Shown one piece after another: positions 47,614 through 57,311 of a stretch of DNA of 64,000 nucleotides. The stretch covers positions 14,248 through 78,247 of the forward strand of contig JAZNVZ010000003.1 in assembly GCA_045593065.1 (NCBI GenBank), given 5' to 3'. A program made the position numbers and the translations under genes. The notes under the pieces are model-generated. The model had not been told where the DNA came from, searched no databases, and saw nothing but the letters and a program-made list of their open reading frames with translations. The DNA is from Candidatus Enterousia sp. (GTDB taxonomy: Bacteria > Pseudomonadota > Alphaproteobacteria > Rs-D84). Numbering within the stretch: the first letter of the stretch is position 1; every line of letters starts with the position of its first letter.

Positions 47614-49407
47614 ATGGACCAAAAATATATTAGAAATTTTTCTATTGTTGCACATATTGATCATGGTAAATCAACCTTGTCTGATCGCCTTATCGAATTT
47701 ACTGGTGGTTTACAGTCCCGCGAAATGAAGGCCCAGGTTCTGGATTCTATGGATATCGAACGCGAACGCGGAATTACAATCAAGGCGCAAACCGTTCGTT
47801 TGAAATATCGCGCACATGACGGACATGAATATCAACTGAATTTAATGGACACACCGGGACATGTGGACTTTTCTTACGAGGTATCGCGGAGTTTAGCAGC
47901 GTGCGAGGGCGCAATTATCTTGGTCGATGCAACCCAGGGTGTCCAGGCGCAAACATTGGCAAATGCTTATTTGGCGTTGGATAATGATTTGGAAATGTTG
48001 CCGGTGTTAAATAAAATCGATTTGCCGTCCAGTGATGTTTCTGGTACGCGTGAACAAATCAGCGATGCGATTGGTTTGGATGCATCAAATGCGATTTGTG
48101 TGTCGGGTAAAACAGGCGCGGGTGTTCCAGAATTGTTGGAAGAAATCGTTACAAAATTGCCGGCACCACATGGTGATGCGGCGGCGGCAACACGCGCGTT
48201 GTTGGTGGATTCTTGGTATGATTCTTATTTGGGCGTGGTGGTGTTGGTGCGCGTGGTTGACGGAAGTTTGCGCCGTGGTCAAAAGATAAAGTTTGTTGCA
48301 ACTGGCGCAGAATACACTGTCGAAAAAATCGGTTATTTCACACCTAAAATGGTTGATGTTGACGTATTGTCCACGGGCGAGGTTGGATTTATCATTACAG
48401 GTATGAAAACAATTCACGATTGCAAGGTTGGTGATACTATCGTTGATGCTAAATTTGGTGGGGACGCGTTGCCCGGATTTAAACCGTCTGTGCCGGTGGT
48501 GTTTTCTTCGTTCTTTCCAATGGCGGCAGATGATTACCCCAGTTTGCGCGAAGGTGCAGAAAAATTGGCGTTAAACGATGCGTCTTTTACTTTTACGGTT
48601 GAAAAATCGTCTGCGTTGGGATTTGGATTGCGTTGTGGATTTTTAGGACTGTTGCACATGGAAATTATCAGCGAGCGTTTGGCGCGTGAATTTAATTTGT
48701 CGCTGATTAACACTGTCCCCAGTGTGTTATACAAATTGCACCTGCGCGATGGAACGGTTATGGATTTAGAAAATCCAGCCGATATGCCTGACCCAACGCG
48801 TGTCGATTTTATCGAAGAACCCTGGGTGTTGGCAACAATCATGATGCCGGATAAATATTTAGGCGGTATTATGGAATTGTGCGCATCACGCCGTGGTGTC
48901 CAAGATAATATTTCTTATGTTGGTAATCGTGCGGTGTTGACATATCGGTTGCCGTTGGCGGAAATCGTGTTCGATTTTTATGACCGTGTGAAATCGATAT
49001 CTTCGGGGTATGCTTCGTTCGATTATTCTGTGTGCGGGTATCAGCAATCTGATTTGGTCAAGGTGTCAATATTGGTTAATGACGAAAATGTCGAACCGTT
49101 GTCGTTTATGTGTCATCGGTCATCGGCGGAATCACGCGGTCGACAAATTGTGGAAAAATTAAAAGACCTGATTCCACGGCATCAATTCAAAATCCCACTC
49201 CAGGCCGCAATCGGTGGAAAAATTATCGCACGCGAAACTATCGCTGCATACCGCAAAGATGTTACCGCAAAATGTTATGGCGGCGATATCACGCGTAAAC
49301 GCAAATTGTTGGAAAAACAAAAAGAGGGTAAAAAACGTCTGCGGACATTTGGGAATGTCGAAATACCTCAGTCGGCATTTATCAACGCATTAAAGGTTGG
49401 TAAGTAA
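47614..49407 (+). CDS. lepA: elongation factor 4 (LepA)
   Basis: GTPase motifs AHIDHGKST and DTPGHVDF, plus the LepA-specific C-terminal domain. I used the internal start MDQKYIRNF. Confidence 0.9.
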   Translation: MDQKYIRNFSIVAHIDHGKSTLSDRLIEFTGGLQSREMKAQVLDSMDIERERGITIKAQTVRLKYRAHDGHEYQLNLMDTPGHVDFSYEVSRSLAACEGAIILVDATQGVQAQTLANAYLALDNDLEMLPVLNKIDLPSSDVSGTREQISDAIGLDASNAICVSGKTGAGVPELLEEIVTKLPAPHGDAAAATRALLVDSWYDSYLGVVVLVRVVDGSLRRGQKIKFVATGAEYTVEKIGYFTPKMVDVDVLSTGEVGFIITGMKTIHDCKVGDTIVDAKFGGDALPGFKPSVPVVFSSFFPMAADDYPSLREGAEKLALNDASFTFTVEKSSALGFGLRCGFLGLLHMEIISERLAREFNLSLINTVPSVLYKLHLRDGTVMDLENPADMPDPTRVDFIEEPWVLATIMMPDKYLGGIMELCASRRGVQDNISYVGNRAVLTYRLPLAEIVFDFYDRVKSISSGYASFDYSVCGYQQSDLVKVSILVNDENVEPLSFMCHRSSAESRGRQIVEKLKDLIPRHQFKIPLQAAIGGKIIARETIAAYRKDVTAKCYGGDITRKRKLLEKQKEGKKRLRTFGNVEIPQSAFINALKVGK

Positions 49408-49432
49408 ATTATAGGTAAAGGAGCGTGCTTTC

Positions 49433-49819
49433 ATGTCTATTACAAAAAAATTAAAAATTAAAAAATCACAATGGCGCGAATTTATTAGATGCGCAAAAAT
49501 AATGCGCGATGCAAGTGCAAATGTGGCACGCGCCGAAGATAAAATACACCTGAAAAAAACTTATAGTTATGATATCGAACAGGTCGGTTGGGACAATGGT
49601 TCTTGCTTGGTTACGCATGTGTATCCTGGCAAGGATGAATTCGGTGCTCAGGTGAATAAAAAATATCGTGATGTTTGTGAACATTTTGAATGTTGCAAAT
49701 GTTCATATTGTGTGCATCACCGTGATTGGCACAATTATAGGGACGCCAAGAAATCTTATGAATTGGCAAAAATTGCGTTCAGGATAGCCAGACAAAAATT
49801 TTTTGCAAAAGTAAAATAA
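49433..49819 (+). CDS. small Cys-rich hypothetical protein, paralog 1 of 3 (integrase-linked)
   Basis: RBS aaggag. The C-terminal cluster is CEHFECCKCSYCVHH followed by a basic helix YELAKIAFRIARQKFFAKVK. Confidence 0.6.
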   Translation: MSITKKLKIKKSQWREFIRCAKIMRDASANVARAEDKIHLKKTYSYDIEQVGWDNGSCLVTHVYPGKDEFGAQVNKKYRDVCEHFECCKCSYCVHHRDWHNYRDAKKSYELAKIAFRIARQKFFAKVK

Positions 49820-49840
49820 AAAAAACCAAAGGAGGCGCAC

Positions 49841-50236
49841 ATGTGTATAAAAAAAATTTGTCTTAATAATATAAAAAAATTGCGTATGCATCGCGCAGAC
49901 CAAGATGCGTATGATGAAAAATATAATGCGTACACAAAAACTTTGGATGCATTGAAAAAGGTAAAGACCCAGCACGAAGCCGCCCAGGCCGATATTACAA
50001 AAACTGTGTATCTGGATGCGGGTGATGCTGCGCCAAAGCAAGAAATTTGCCGTATGGTCGTGTACGAAGATATGCAACCTAAATATATTCAAACATGTTC
50101 GTATTTCAAAGATTGTGATAACGCCGATTGTCCGCATTACAAAAAGTTAGCGCGTTATATGCATGTGGATGAACAACTGGTCGTGGCAAAAATCGCATTC
50201 GAACGCGCCGAATCTGTGTGGAGTAAACAACGATAA
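49841..50236 (+). CDS. small Cys-rich hypothetical protein, paralog 2 of 3
   Basis: RBS aaggagg. Cluster CSYFKDCDNADCPHY followed by VVAKIAFERAESVWSKQR. Confidence 0.6.
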   Translation: MCIKKICLNNIKKLRMHRADQDAYDEKYNAYTKTLDALKKVKTQHEAAQADITKTVYLDAGDAAPKQEICRMVVYEDMQPKYIQTCSYFKDCDNADCPHYKKLARYMHVDEQLVVAKIAFERAESVWSKQR

Positions 50237-50247
50237 AAAAGGTCGTA

Positions 50248-50646
50248 ATGATGTCTGTGAAAAAAAGGTTTTTAGATTTTTTGAATCGTTATGATGATGT
50301 TCGTCAATGGAGTCGTGCATTGGCGAATGCTGGCATAGAACTGTGGGATGCACAACATAATATTACTGTCAATTATTTTTGGATTGGTGATATGTTGCCT
50401 GATGACAGTTTGTCTAATGGCAAACCTTGTTTCCGTGCCTATGTTCGTGATATTGATGATTACATGCACGCGGACAGGTCGCGTACGTTTGTTTGTGAAC
50501 AAATCCGTAATGGCGCAATATGCAAATGTACTGATTGCCAGTATTATCAAAACTATGCAAAATATTTGGCTGTATTGCGCAAGTATGATGCAATCCAGGC
50601 ACTGAGAGATGAAGCGGTAAAAAATTTGTACGCAAAGCAAAAATAA
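50248..50646 (+). CDS. small Cys-rich hypothetical protein, paralog 3 of 3
   Basis: Cluster CEQIRNGAICKCTDCQYY followed by a basic tail ...KNLYAKQK. The spacing to the neighbouring genes is tight. Confidence 0.55.
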   Translation: MMSVKKRFLDFLNRYDDVRQWSRALANAGIELWDAQHNITVNYFWIGDMLPDDSLSNGKPCFRAYVRDIDDYMHADRSRTFVCEQIRNGAICKCTDCQYYQNYAKYLAVLRKYDAIQALRDEAVKNLYAKQK

Positions 50647-50667
50647 AAAAGCAAAAGGAGAAAAATT

Positions 50668-51669
50668 ATGGCGCACCAGTTTTTCTTTAATCCGTATATC
50701 TTGGATGGGCTGCCAACGCCCGCAACAGGATTTGATGTCGTGCAAGATATTTCGGAACCACGGTTGCGTTTGTATATAACCAGTCGTGGCGCAAAAACTT
50801 TCTTTGTGCGTAAACGTGTGCATGGCAAAGACACCAGAATCATTATCGGTTCGTATCCAGAAATGGATATCGAAACTGCGCGCAGTATGGTGGCAACAGT
50901 GTTGAATGATGCGACCAAAAAAATTCCAATGCGCCGTAAACAAATCGGTTTTCGTGAATTTTGGGGGGAATATTTGAAAAACAAGGTGCGCCGCTGCGAA
51001 GATTCCCAGGTGAAATTGGTGCGCGCGGTTAATCAACATTTGCCAGAATTGTTCGATAAAAATCTGGACGAAATATCCCAGACCGATGTGAAATCTGTGA
51101 TTGAAAAAATCAAAGGGCCGGCAATCGCTGCGCGTATGCAAGAGGTTTTAACCAGTATATTCAAATATGGTATAGACCAAGGGTATATTAAAACAAATCC
51201 TGTGGCCGGATTGCCACGATTGGCGCATGTTCGCCGTAAAATCCCATTAAACGAAAACAATTTCCCAAATTTGATGGATGCTATTCGCGCAGTGGACAAC
51301 GAAACTATGCGAAACACTTTTTTGATGTTGATTTATTCGTTCTTGTCAAAAAGTAAAGTGTTGGCGATGCGCTGGGATGAATTAGATTTTAATCGTTATA
51401 CTTTACATGATTGGCCGTTGCCTGATGTCGCGGTGGTGTTGTTGGAACAGATGCCCCAAGATGGCGATTGGGTTTTTGTTGGTCGCTGCAAAAATCATTT
51501 GATGGACCCACGGGTTGCGTGGAATAATGTTGTGCATGCCGCAGGTATTCCAGGATTGCGTATGGATGATGTACATAAATTCTTGATGCGGCGACTGGTA
51601 TGGGCGGCTGACCGCGAAGATTTGCGCGCAAATATGAATTCTTTGTTAAACGAATTGTCTATATATTAA
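50668..51669 (+). mobile_element. int: tyrosine recombinase / phage (P4-type) integrase with an N-terminal arm-binding DUF4102-like domain
   Basis: RBS aaaaggag. N-terminus LPTPATGFDVVQDISEPRLRLYITSRGAKTFFVRKRV. A central SAM-like region and a C-terminal catalytic region (...HDWPL..., ...HKFLMRRLVWAA) are present. The catalytic Tyr cannot be placed with confidence. Confidence 0.72.
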
Positions 51670-51810
51670 AAAATATGTTTGTCAAGTTTTTGTTATAATT
51701 TGTTATAATCTCTTGACACCAGGTGCCGAAAATGATAAATTTGGTTAGTATGAGAAAATGCCCGTGGTTTTTTGTGGGGCGTGAAAGTTAACAAAAATAA
51801 AGGATTAAAA

Positions 51811-52044
51811 ATGTCAACTTTTGAACAAGTTAAAAAGATTATCGTTGAAAAATTGGGTGTTAAAGAGGCCGATATTACAGAAAACGCCACATTCGTGAAT
51901 GATTTGGGTGCAGATTCTTTGGATGTTGTCGAATTCGTGATGGAGGTTGAAAAAGAATTCAATATTACAATCCCAGACGAAGATGCTGTGAAATTGGAAA
52001 AAGTTGGTGATGCTGTTAAATATATCGATGCACACAGAAAATAA
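51811..52044 (+). CDS. acpP: acyl carrier protein
   Basis: 77 aa protein with the DLGADSLD phosphopantetheine-attachment motif. Confidence 0.92.
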   Translation: MSTFEQVKKIIVEKLGVKEADITENATFVNDLGADSLDVVEFVMEVEKEFNITIPDEDAVKLEKVGDAVKYIDAHRK

Positions 52045-52157
52045 TTTCCAATTAAAATAAAAAATTATCCGCCATGTGTGTGGCGGATTTTTTTCTGTAT
52101 ATTTTTTCTAAAATATATTATGATAGGCCTGTTATAAATAATAAAAAAGGATTATTG

Positions 52158-53408
52158 ATGAGAAGAGTTGTCGTAACCGGCATGGGTATCGTTTCGCCCG
52201 TTGGTACAGGTGTTGAATTCGCATGGAAAAATATTGTACGCGGTGTGTCAGGGGTGCGTAAAATCGATACTTTTGATACCACAGATTTTGCGTCTAAAAT
52301 TGCGGGTGTGCCTGTGCGTGGCGATGGGGCAGGGGAATTTAATCCCGATACAGTTGTCGAACCACGCGAACAACGCAAATATGACCGCGCAATGTTGTAC
52401 GGTGTTGTCGCCGCAGACGAGGCCATGCGTGATGCAAATTTGACGGATTATGATGGCGACAAAGATATGTTCGGCGTGTCTATTGGCAGTGGTATCGGTG
52501 GCGTTCAAACAATTTATGATACATGTTTAGAATTGTCTAAATCTGGGCCACGATTTGTCAGTCCGTTCTTTGTACCAAAGGCAATTATTAATATGACCGC
52601 AGGTCAGGTATCAATAAAATATGGTTTGCGTGGGCCTAATATTTCTGTGGCAACTGCGTGTGCAACAGGTTCGCACGCCATTGCCGAGGCCGTGAATTTT
52701 ATTCGTAATGGCACAGCAGATTTAATGTTGGCCGGTGGGACCGAGGCCGCAGTTACCGAATTAGGATTGGCGGGCTTTTCTGCGATGAAGGCATTGTCAA
52801 CACGTAATGATGACCCGACACATGCTTCGCGTCCATGGGATATGACGCGTGATGGGTTTGTCTTGGCCGAAGGCGCAGGTGTTTTGGTACTGGAAGAATA
52901 TGAACACGCTGTCAAACGCGGCGCAAAAATTTATGCCGAGGTTGCAGGTTGTGGTATGACCGCTGATGCGCATCATATTACTGCGCCCGCCCCAAATGGC
53001 GAAGGTGGTCGCCGGTCTATGCAAATGGCATTACGTGATGCAGGAATGAAACCTGGGGATATTGATTATGTGAACGCACACGGCACATCCACAGGGTTGG
53101 GTGATGTTGGTGAATTGGTTGCGGTGCGTGAATTGTTTGGCGATGAACATACATGTATGTCATCAACAAAATCAATGACAGGGCATTTGTTGGGGGCGGC
53201 TGGTGCGATTGAGGCGATATTCAGCATATTGGCAATTCGCGATAATATCGTTCCGCCAACAATCAATCTGGAAAACCCAATCCCAGAGGTTGGCAGCTTT
53301 AACCTGGTGCCAAATGCAGCACAAAAACGTGAAGTGAATGCGGTAATCAGTAATTCGTTTGGGTTCGGTGGAACAAACGCATCAGTCATATTCAAACGCG
53401 TAAAATAA
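52158..53408 (+). CDS. fabF: 3-oxoacyl-ACP synthase II
   Basis: Active-site C in ATACATGSHA, the H..GH.TG region and the GFGG C-terminus. Start MRRVVVTGMGIVSP. Confidence 0.9.
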   Translation: MRRVVVTGMGIVSPVGTGVEFAWKNIVRGVSGVRKIDTFDTTDFASKIAGVPVRGDGAGEFNPDTVVEPREQRKYDRAMLYGVVAADEAMRDANLTDYDGDKDMFGVSIGSGIGGVQTIYDTCLELSKSGPRFVSPFFVPKAIINMTAGQVSIKYGLRGPNISVATACATGSHAIAEAVNFIRNGTADLMLAGGTEAAVTELGLAGFSAMKALSTRNDDPTHASRPWDMTRDGFVLAEGAGVLVLEEYEHAVKRGAKIYAEVAGCGMTADAHHITAPAPNGEGGRRSMQMALRDAGMKPGDIDYVNAHGTSTGLGDVGELVAVRELFGDEHTCMSSTKSMTGHLLGAAGAIEAIFSILAIRDNIVPPTINLENPIPEVGSFNLVPNAAQKREVNAVISNSFGFGGTNASVIFKRVK

Positions 53409-53450
53409 TATTTGTGTTTTGATTTTGTGCTGCTAATATATCGAACATAT

Positions 53451-53527
<77 letters not shown>

Positions 53528-53677
53528 TAAAATTAAAATTGGAGCCACAGTGCCAATTTTAATTTTATTGTGGTGGTGACGAAATGATTTGGTACCTTGG
53601 CATTGTGCAACAATGCCGGTTCGGAACGAAGCGAAGCGGAGTGAAAGGGGCCCACGAATGAAATGAAGTGGGAATTA

Positions 53678-53706
53678 CAATCTTGTTGCCCCGACCATAA
53701 AATTAA
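53678..53706 (+). repeat. att-like core, copy 2 (duplicate of tRNA-Pro 3' end, no tRNA body)
   Basis: aatcttgttgccccgaccataaaattaaagttgg lies 142 bp downstream of copy 1. The interval contains a 14-bp perfect inverted repeat (aaaattaaaattgg...ccaattttaatttt) and no ORF. Confidence 0.8.
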
Positions 53707-53716
53707 AGTTGGTTAA

Positions 53717-54154
53717 ATGTCTGAAAAAGAAAAAATCGTTCGTGTCGGGGTAGGAATTTGGATTTTAAATTCATCTGGCCAATTATTGTTAGGTCAGCGT
53801 TTGTCTGTTCATGGTAATGGGACATGGGCACCACCGGGGGGACATCTGGAATATGGTGAAACGATGTCCAGGTGTGCATCGCGTGAATTAATGGAAGAAA
53901 CAGGAATAATTATACCTGAAAATAAATTTCACCAGATTGGTTTAACAAATGATATTTTCCCAGATAAACATTATATAACGATACATTGTGCTGTATCTGG
54001 GGTTGTTGCTGTGCCACAAATTATGGAACCAAACAAATGTGCAGAATGGCGTTGGTTTAATACGGATAAATTGCCGTCTAATTTATTTTTGCCTGCACAG
54101 AATTTTTTGAATCAGTATAAATTGCAGAAAATTTTTAACCCTTTGACAATGTGA
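53717..54154 (+). CDS. NUDIX hydrolase
   Basis: Nudix box GGHLEYGETMSRCASRELMEETG. Confidence 0.8.
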   Translation: MSEKEKIVRVGVGIWILNSSGQLLLGQRLSVHGNGTWAPPGGHLEYGETMSRCASRELMEETGIIIPENKFHQIGLTNDIFPDKHYITIHCAVSGVVAVPQIMEPNKCAEWRWFNTDKLPSNLFLPAQNFLNQYKLQKIFNPLTM

Positions 54155-54180
54155 ATTCTTTTTGTGATAATTTTGTTGTC

Positions 54181-55185
54181 ATGGCAAAAAAATTCAAAAA
54201 TGTTTTCAAACGTATAACAAAGCGCAACACTTTTGTGGTTTTGGCTGTGGCGGTTGTGTTTTTCGCAATATTGATGTTTGGTTTTGTGTCAAAAAAATCT
54301 GTTTTGATTACTGTGCCAAATGGTGCATCTGTATCCCAGATTGCAGATATATTAAAGAAAAATGATTTAATCGATTCGGCATCTTCGTTCAAATTGGCTG
54401 TGCGCGCCCAAGGCGGCAATATCAAGGTTGGACAATACAATGTCCCCAGTGGCGCATCTGCATGGCGAATCGCAAAAATGATGGTAAATGGTGATGTTGC
54501 GCTGACCAAGATTACAATTCCCGAAGGTTTAACATTAAAACAAATTAAAAATTTATTGGCACGCGATTCGACACTGACTGGCGATGTTGATTGTGTGCAA
54601 GGGAATATGAGTCAGGTGTGCAGAATTCATGATGGTGATGTTTTTCCTGATACATATCATGTTGCGCGCGGTACACCGCGGTTGGCGGTATTGGATTTGG
54701 CGCGGCGCAAAATGGATTCTGTGCGCGGCAAATTCGAATCGCGCAATATGCCGCGTCCACTGACCAGTTGGAATCAAGTGATAACATTGGCATCTATTGT
54801 GCAAAAAGAAACCCCAAAGGTCAGCGAAATGCCCATCGTTGCCAGTGTGTATTTGAATCGTCTGCGCCGCGGCATGCGATTGCAGGCCGACCCAACCGTT
54901 GTTTATGTTTTGACAGATGGATTGGGCGATATGCAGGGCGCGCCGCTGCTGACCGGGCATTTGAAATTGGATAATCCATATAACACATATTTGAATGCAG
55001 GATTACCACCGGGGCCCATTGCAAATGTTGGTGCGGCGGCGATAAAGGCAGTATTACGCCCAGCGGATACAAATTATTTATTTTTTGTTGCAGACGGCAA
55101 GGGCGGACATCGTTTTTCAAATACTTATGAAGAACACTTGAAAAATCATGCTGATTGGCGACAGATAAAAAATTCTAGAAAATAA
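54181..55185 (+). CDS. mltG: endolytic murein transglycosylase MltG (YceG family)
   Basis: N-terminal TM helix followed by a YceG-like domain. An alternative GTG start at 54151 overlaps the NUDIX stop. Confidence 0.78.
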   Translation: MAKKFKNVFKRITKRNTFVVLAVAVVFFAILMFGFVSKKSVLITVPNGASVSQIADILKKNDLIDSASSFKLAVRAQGGNIKVGQYNVPSGASAWRIAKMMVNGDVALTKITIPEGLTLKQIKNLLARDSTLTGDVDCVQGNMSQVCRIHDGDVFPDTYHVARGTPRLAVLDLARRKMDSVRGKFESRNMPRPLTSWNQVITLASIVQKETPKVSEMPIVASVYLNRLRRGMRLQADPTVVYVLTDGLGDMQGAPLLTGHLKLDNPYNTYLNAGLPPGPIANVGAAAIKAVLRPADTNYLFFVADGKGGHRFSNTYEEHLKNHADWRQIKNSRK

Positions 55186-55220
55186 TTTGCCTGAAATTGT
55201 CAGGCAATTTTTTTATAATT
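55186..55220 (+). terminator. intrinsic terminator
   Basis: Hairpin ttgcctgaaattgtcaggcaa followed by T7. Confidence 0.65.
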
Positions 55221-55348
55221 TTTTGAATCATTAAATTTTTTAATAAAAAACCACGGGTTTCCGTGTGTTGCGCGATGTTTGTGAAATGCGGGGAAAAATT
55301 CGCGCCGATTATACCATGAAAAATTGGTTTGTGCAACAAATCTTTTTT

Positions 55349-55378
55349 TTGACAATGGGAATAGAAACGTAGTAGAAT
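55349..55378 (+). promoter_or_regulatory. sigma70 promoter (TTGACA-18-TAGAAT) for the OMP gene
   Basis: ttgacaatgggaatagaaacgtagtagaat lies about 58 nt upstream of the ATG. The 5' UTR contains the hairpin aacaggatgacagatttcctgtt. Confidence 0.45.
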
Positions 55379-55436
55379 GAGATTAACAGGATGACAGATT
55401 TCCTGTTCAATTAACAAATAAAGGAAAGGATTATTT

Positions 55437-56036
55437 ATGAAAAAATTAGCTTTATCTTCTTTGGTCGCATTATTTGCGGTTTCCAGTGCTAACGCTGCTA
55501 CAAATTTCTTTGTTGGCGGAAACACAAATATTCAGTTGAACGATGACCATGCAACAGTTTTGAGTGTTGCTCCTGAATTTGGTTGGAAAATGAATTCAAA
55601 TTGGGATTTGGGTGCGTATGCAAACTTTGGTTATGACCATAAATATATGGAAAACACTTTTGGTATGAAAGGTGATACATACTCTTATGGCGCAGGTGTG
55701 TTTGCACGTTACAAAGTTGCACAAATGGGTGGTTTGAAACTGTTATTGAGAGGCGATGTGAACGCTGGCTTTACAACATATAGCCCAGACGATAGTGATA
55801 TTGATGCTGAAACATCTACAGCTATCAATGCTGCTATCATCCCAATGGTTACATATGATTTGACAGAATCTTTCACATTGTATGCCCAGTTGAACTTCTT
55901 GGGTGTGAACGCGGGTTATACATTTGAAAACAAAGACCTGGATATTGAAGACGGTTGGAGATTGGGCGCATTTGCTGATTCCGACAATGTCATGAATACA
56001 GGCAACTTTAAAATTGGTTTCAACTATAACTTCTAA
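55437..56036 (+). CDS. small outer-membrane beta-barrel protein (OmpW/OmpA-like 8-strand barrel)
   Basis: Signal peptide ...VSSANA, amphipathic strands, and a C-terminal ...GFNYNF. The hairpin at 56056-56088 is followed by a T-run. Confidence 0.72.
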   Translation: MKKLALSSLVALFAVSSANAATNFFVGGNTNIQLNDDHATVLSVAPEFGWKMNSNWDLGAYANFGYDHKYMENTFGMKGDTYSYGAGVFARYKVAQMGGLKLLLRGDVNAGFTTYSPDDSDIDAETSTAINAAIIPMVTYDLTESFTLYAQLNFLGVNAGYTFENKDLDIEDGWRLGAFADSDNVMNTGNFKIGFNYNF

Positions 56037-56199
56037 TGATTCCAATCTAACGATTAATCCCGGCCAATCGGTCGGGATTTTTTTTATGAAATCTTGTTGA
56101 AAATGGTCGATTTTTTGAAATTTATTGTTGGGTGGTGCGGAAATGCAAGAAATTTTTTATCTGCAACCCAAAAATTGGCGGTTTTTCCCAGAAAAATTC

Positions 56200-56228
56200 T
56201 TGACAATTTGAAACATCGCGTTTATACT
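56200..56228 (+). promoter_or_regulatory. str-operon sigma70 promoter (TTGACA-17-TATACT) with an approximately 147-nt leader
   Basis: The sequence is ttgacaatttgaaacatcgcgtttatact. Confidence 0.5.
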
Positions 56229-56375
56229 GAACCTGCTTTCCGTGTAAATAAGGAAAGTGAAACATACAGAAAACTGCGCTTTTTGCAGATTTATAACCAT
56301 GTGCACGCACATGGAATAACTCTGACGGGGTGGTTTTGTGTAACAAAAAGTAAAGTAAAAACAAAGAGATTTTGA

Positions 56376-56747
56376 ATGCCAACAGTAAATCAACTGATTC
56401 GGAAACCTCGTAAAAAGAAAGTGGTCAAAAGTACCGCTCCTGATATGATGGCCAGTCCGCAAAAACGTGGTGTTTGCACACGTGTGTATACCACAACACC
56501 TAAAAAACCTAACTCTGCGCAACGTAAAGTGGCCCGTGTTAAATTGGCCAATGGTCGCGAAGTTACTGCATATATTCCTGGCGAAGGACACAATTTGCAG
56601 GAACACAGTGTGGTTATGATTCGTGGTGGTCGTGTAAAGGACTTGCCTGGTGTTAAATATCACATTATTCGTGGTGTTTTGGATACCAAGGGTGTCGAAT
56701 CAAGAAAACAAGGTCGCTCTTTATATGGGGCAAAAATTAAAAAATAA
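56376..56747 (+). CDS. rpsL: 30S ribosomal protein S12
   Basis: [15 protein letters not shown]...[11 protein letters not shown]... Confidence 0.95.
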   Translation: MPTVNQLIRKPRKKKVVKSTAPDMMASPQKRGVCTRVYTTTPKKPNSAQRKVARVKLANGREVTAYIPGEGHNLQEHSVVMIRGGRVKDLPGVKYHIIRGVLDTKGVESRKQGRSLYGAKIKK

Positions 56748-56810
56748 TACACCCGTTATATGTGGGTGAGTAATCCAGGTAAACCTGGGTGAAGAAATAA
56801 AGGATAAAAT

Positions 56811-57287
56811 ATGTCAAGACGTAAAGCTGCAACAAAACGCGAAATTTTGCCAGATTCTAAATATAACAATCTGGTTGTTGCAAAATGTATCAATGTCGTT
56901 ATGTGGGACGGCAAGAAAGAAGTTGCTGAAAACATTGTATATGGCGCATTGGAAAAATTAAAAACTCTTGCCAAAGACGGCAAAGATGAATTGGCCACAT
57001 TTTTAGAGGCCGTGGATGCATTAAAACCATCTGTCGAGGTCAAAGGTCGCCGTGTCGGTGGTGCAACATACCAGGTCCCAGTAGAAGTTCGTCCAGAACG
57101 TCAACAAACGTTGGCATTGCGTTGGTTGATTATGTTTGCACGTAAACGTGGCGAACGTTCTATGCAAGAACGTTTGTTTGCAGAATTGCGCGATGCGTTA
57201 AATGGCACAGGCGGTGCATTCAAGAAAAAGATTGATACTCATAAAATGGCAGAGGCGAACAAGGCGTCTGCTCATTTCCGTTGGTAA
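56811..57287 (+). CDS. rpsG: 30S ribosomal protein S7
   Basis: [20 protein letters not shown]...; 158 aa. Confidence 0.95.
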   Translation: MSRRKAATKREILPDSKYNNLVVAKCINVVMWDGKKEVAENIVYGALEKLKTLAKDGKDELATFLEAVDALKPSVEVKGRRVGGATYQVPVEVRPERQQTLALRWLIMFARKRGERSMQERLFAELRDALNGTGGAFKKKIDTHKMAEANKASAHFRW

Positions 57288-57311
57288 AATAATAAAAGAA
57301 AGGAAAATACA

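Noticed and set aside
50272-51141. 289-aa minus-strand ORF across small paralog 3 and the integrase 5' half
   Set aside because: The translation is F/I/H/C-rich with no motifs. The plus-strand genes have strong SDs, a recognisable integrase N-domain and tight operon spacing.
56094-56375. 93-aa ORF upstream of rpsL
   Set aside because: It occupies the str promoter and the long S12 leader, and its translation has no features. A leader or regulatory region is the better explanation.
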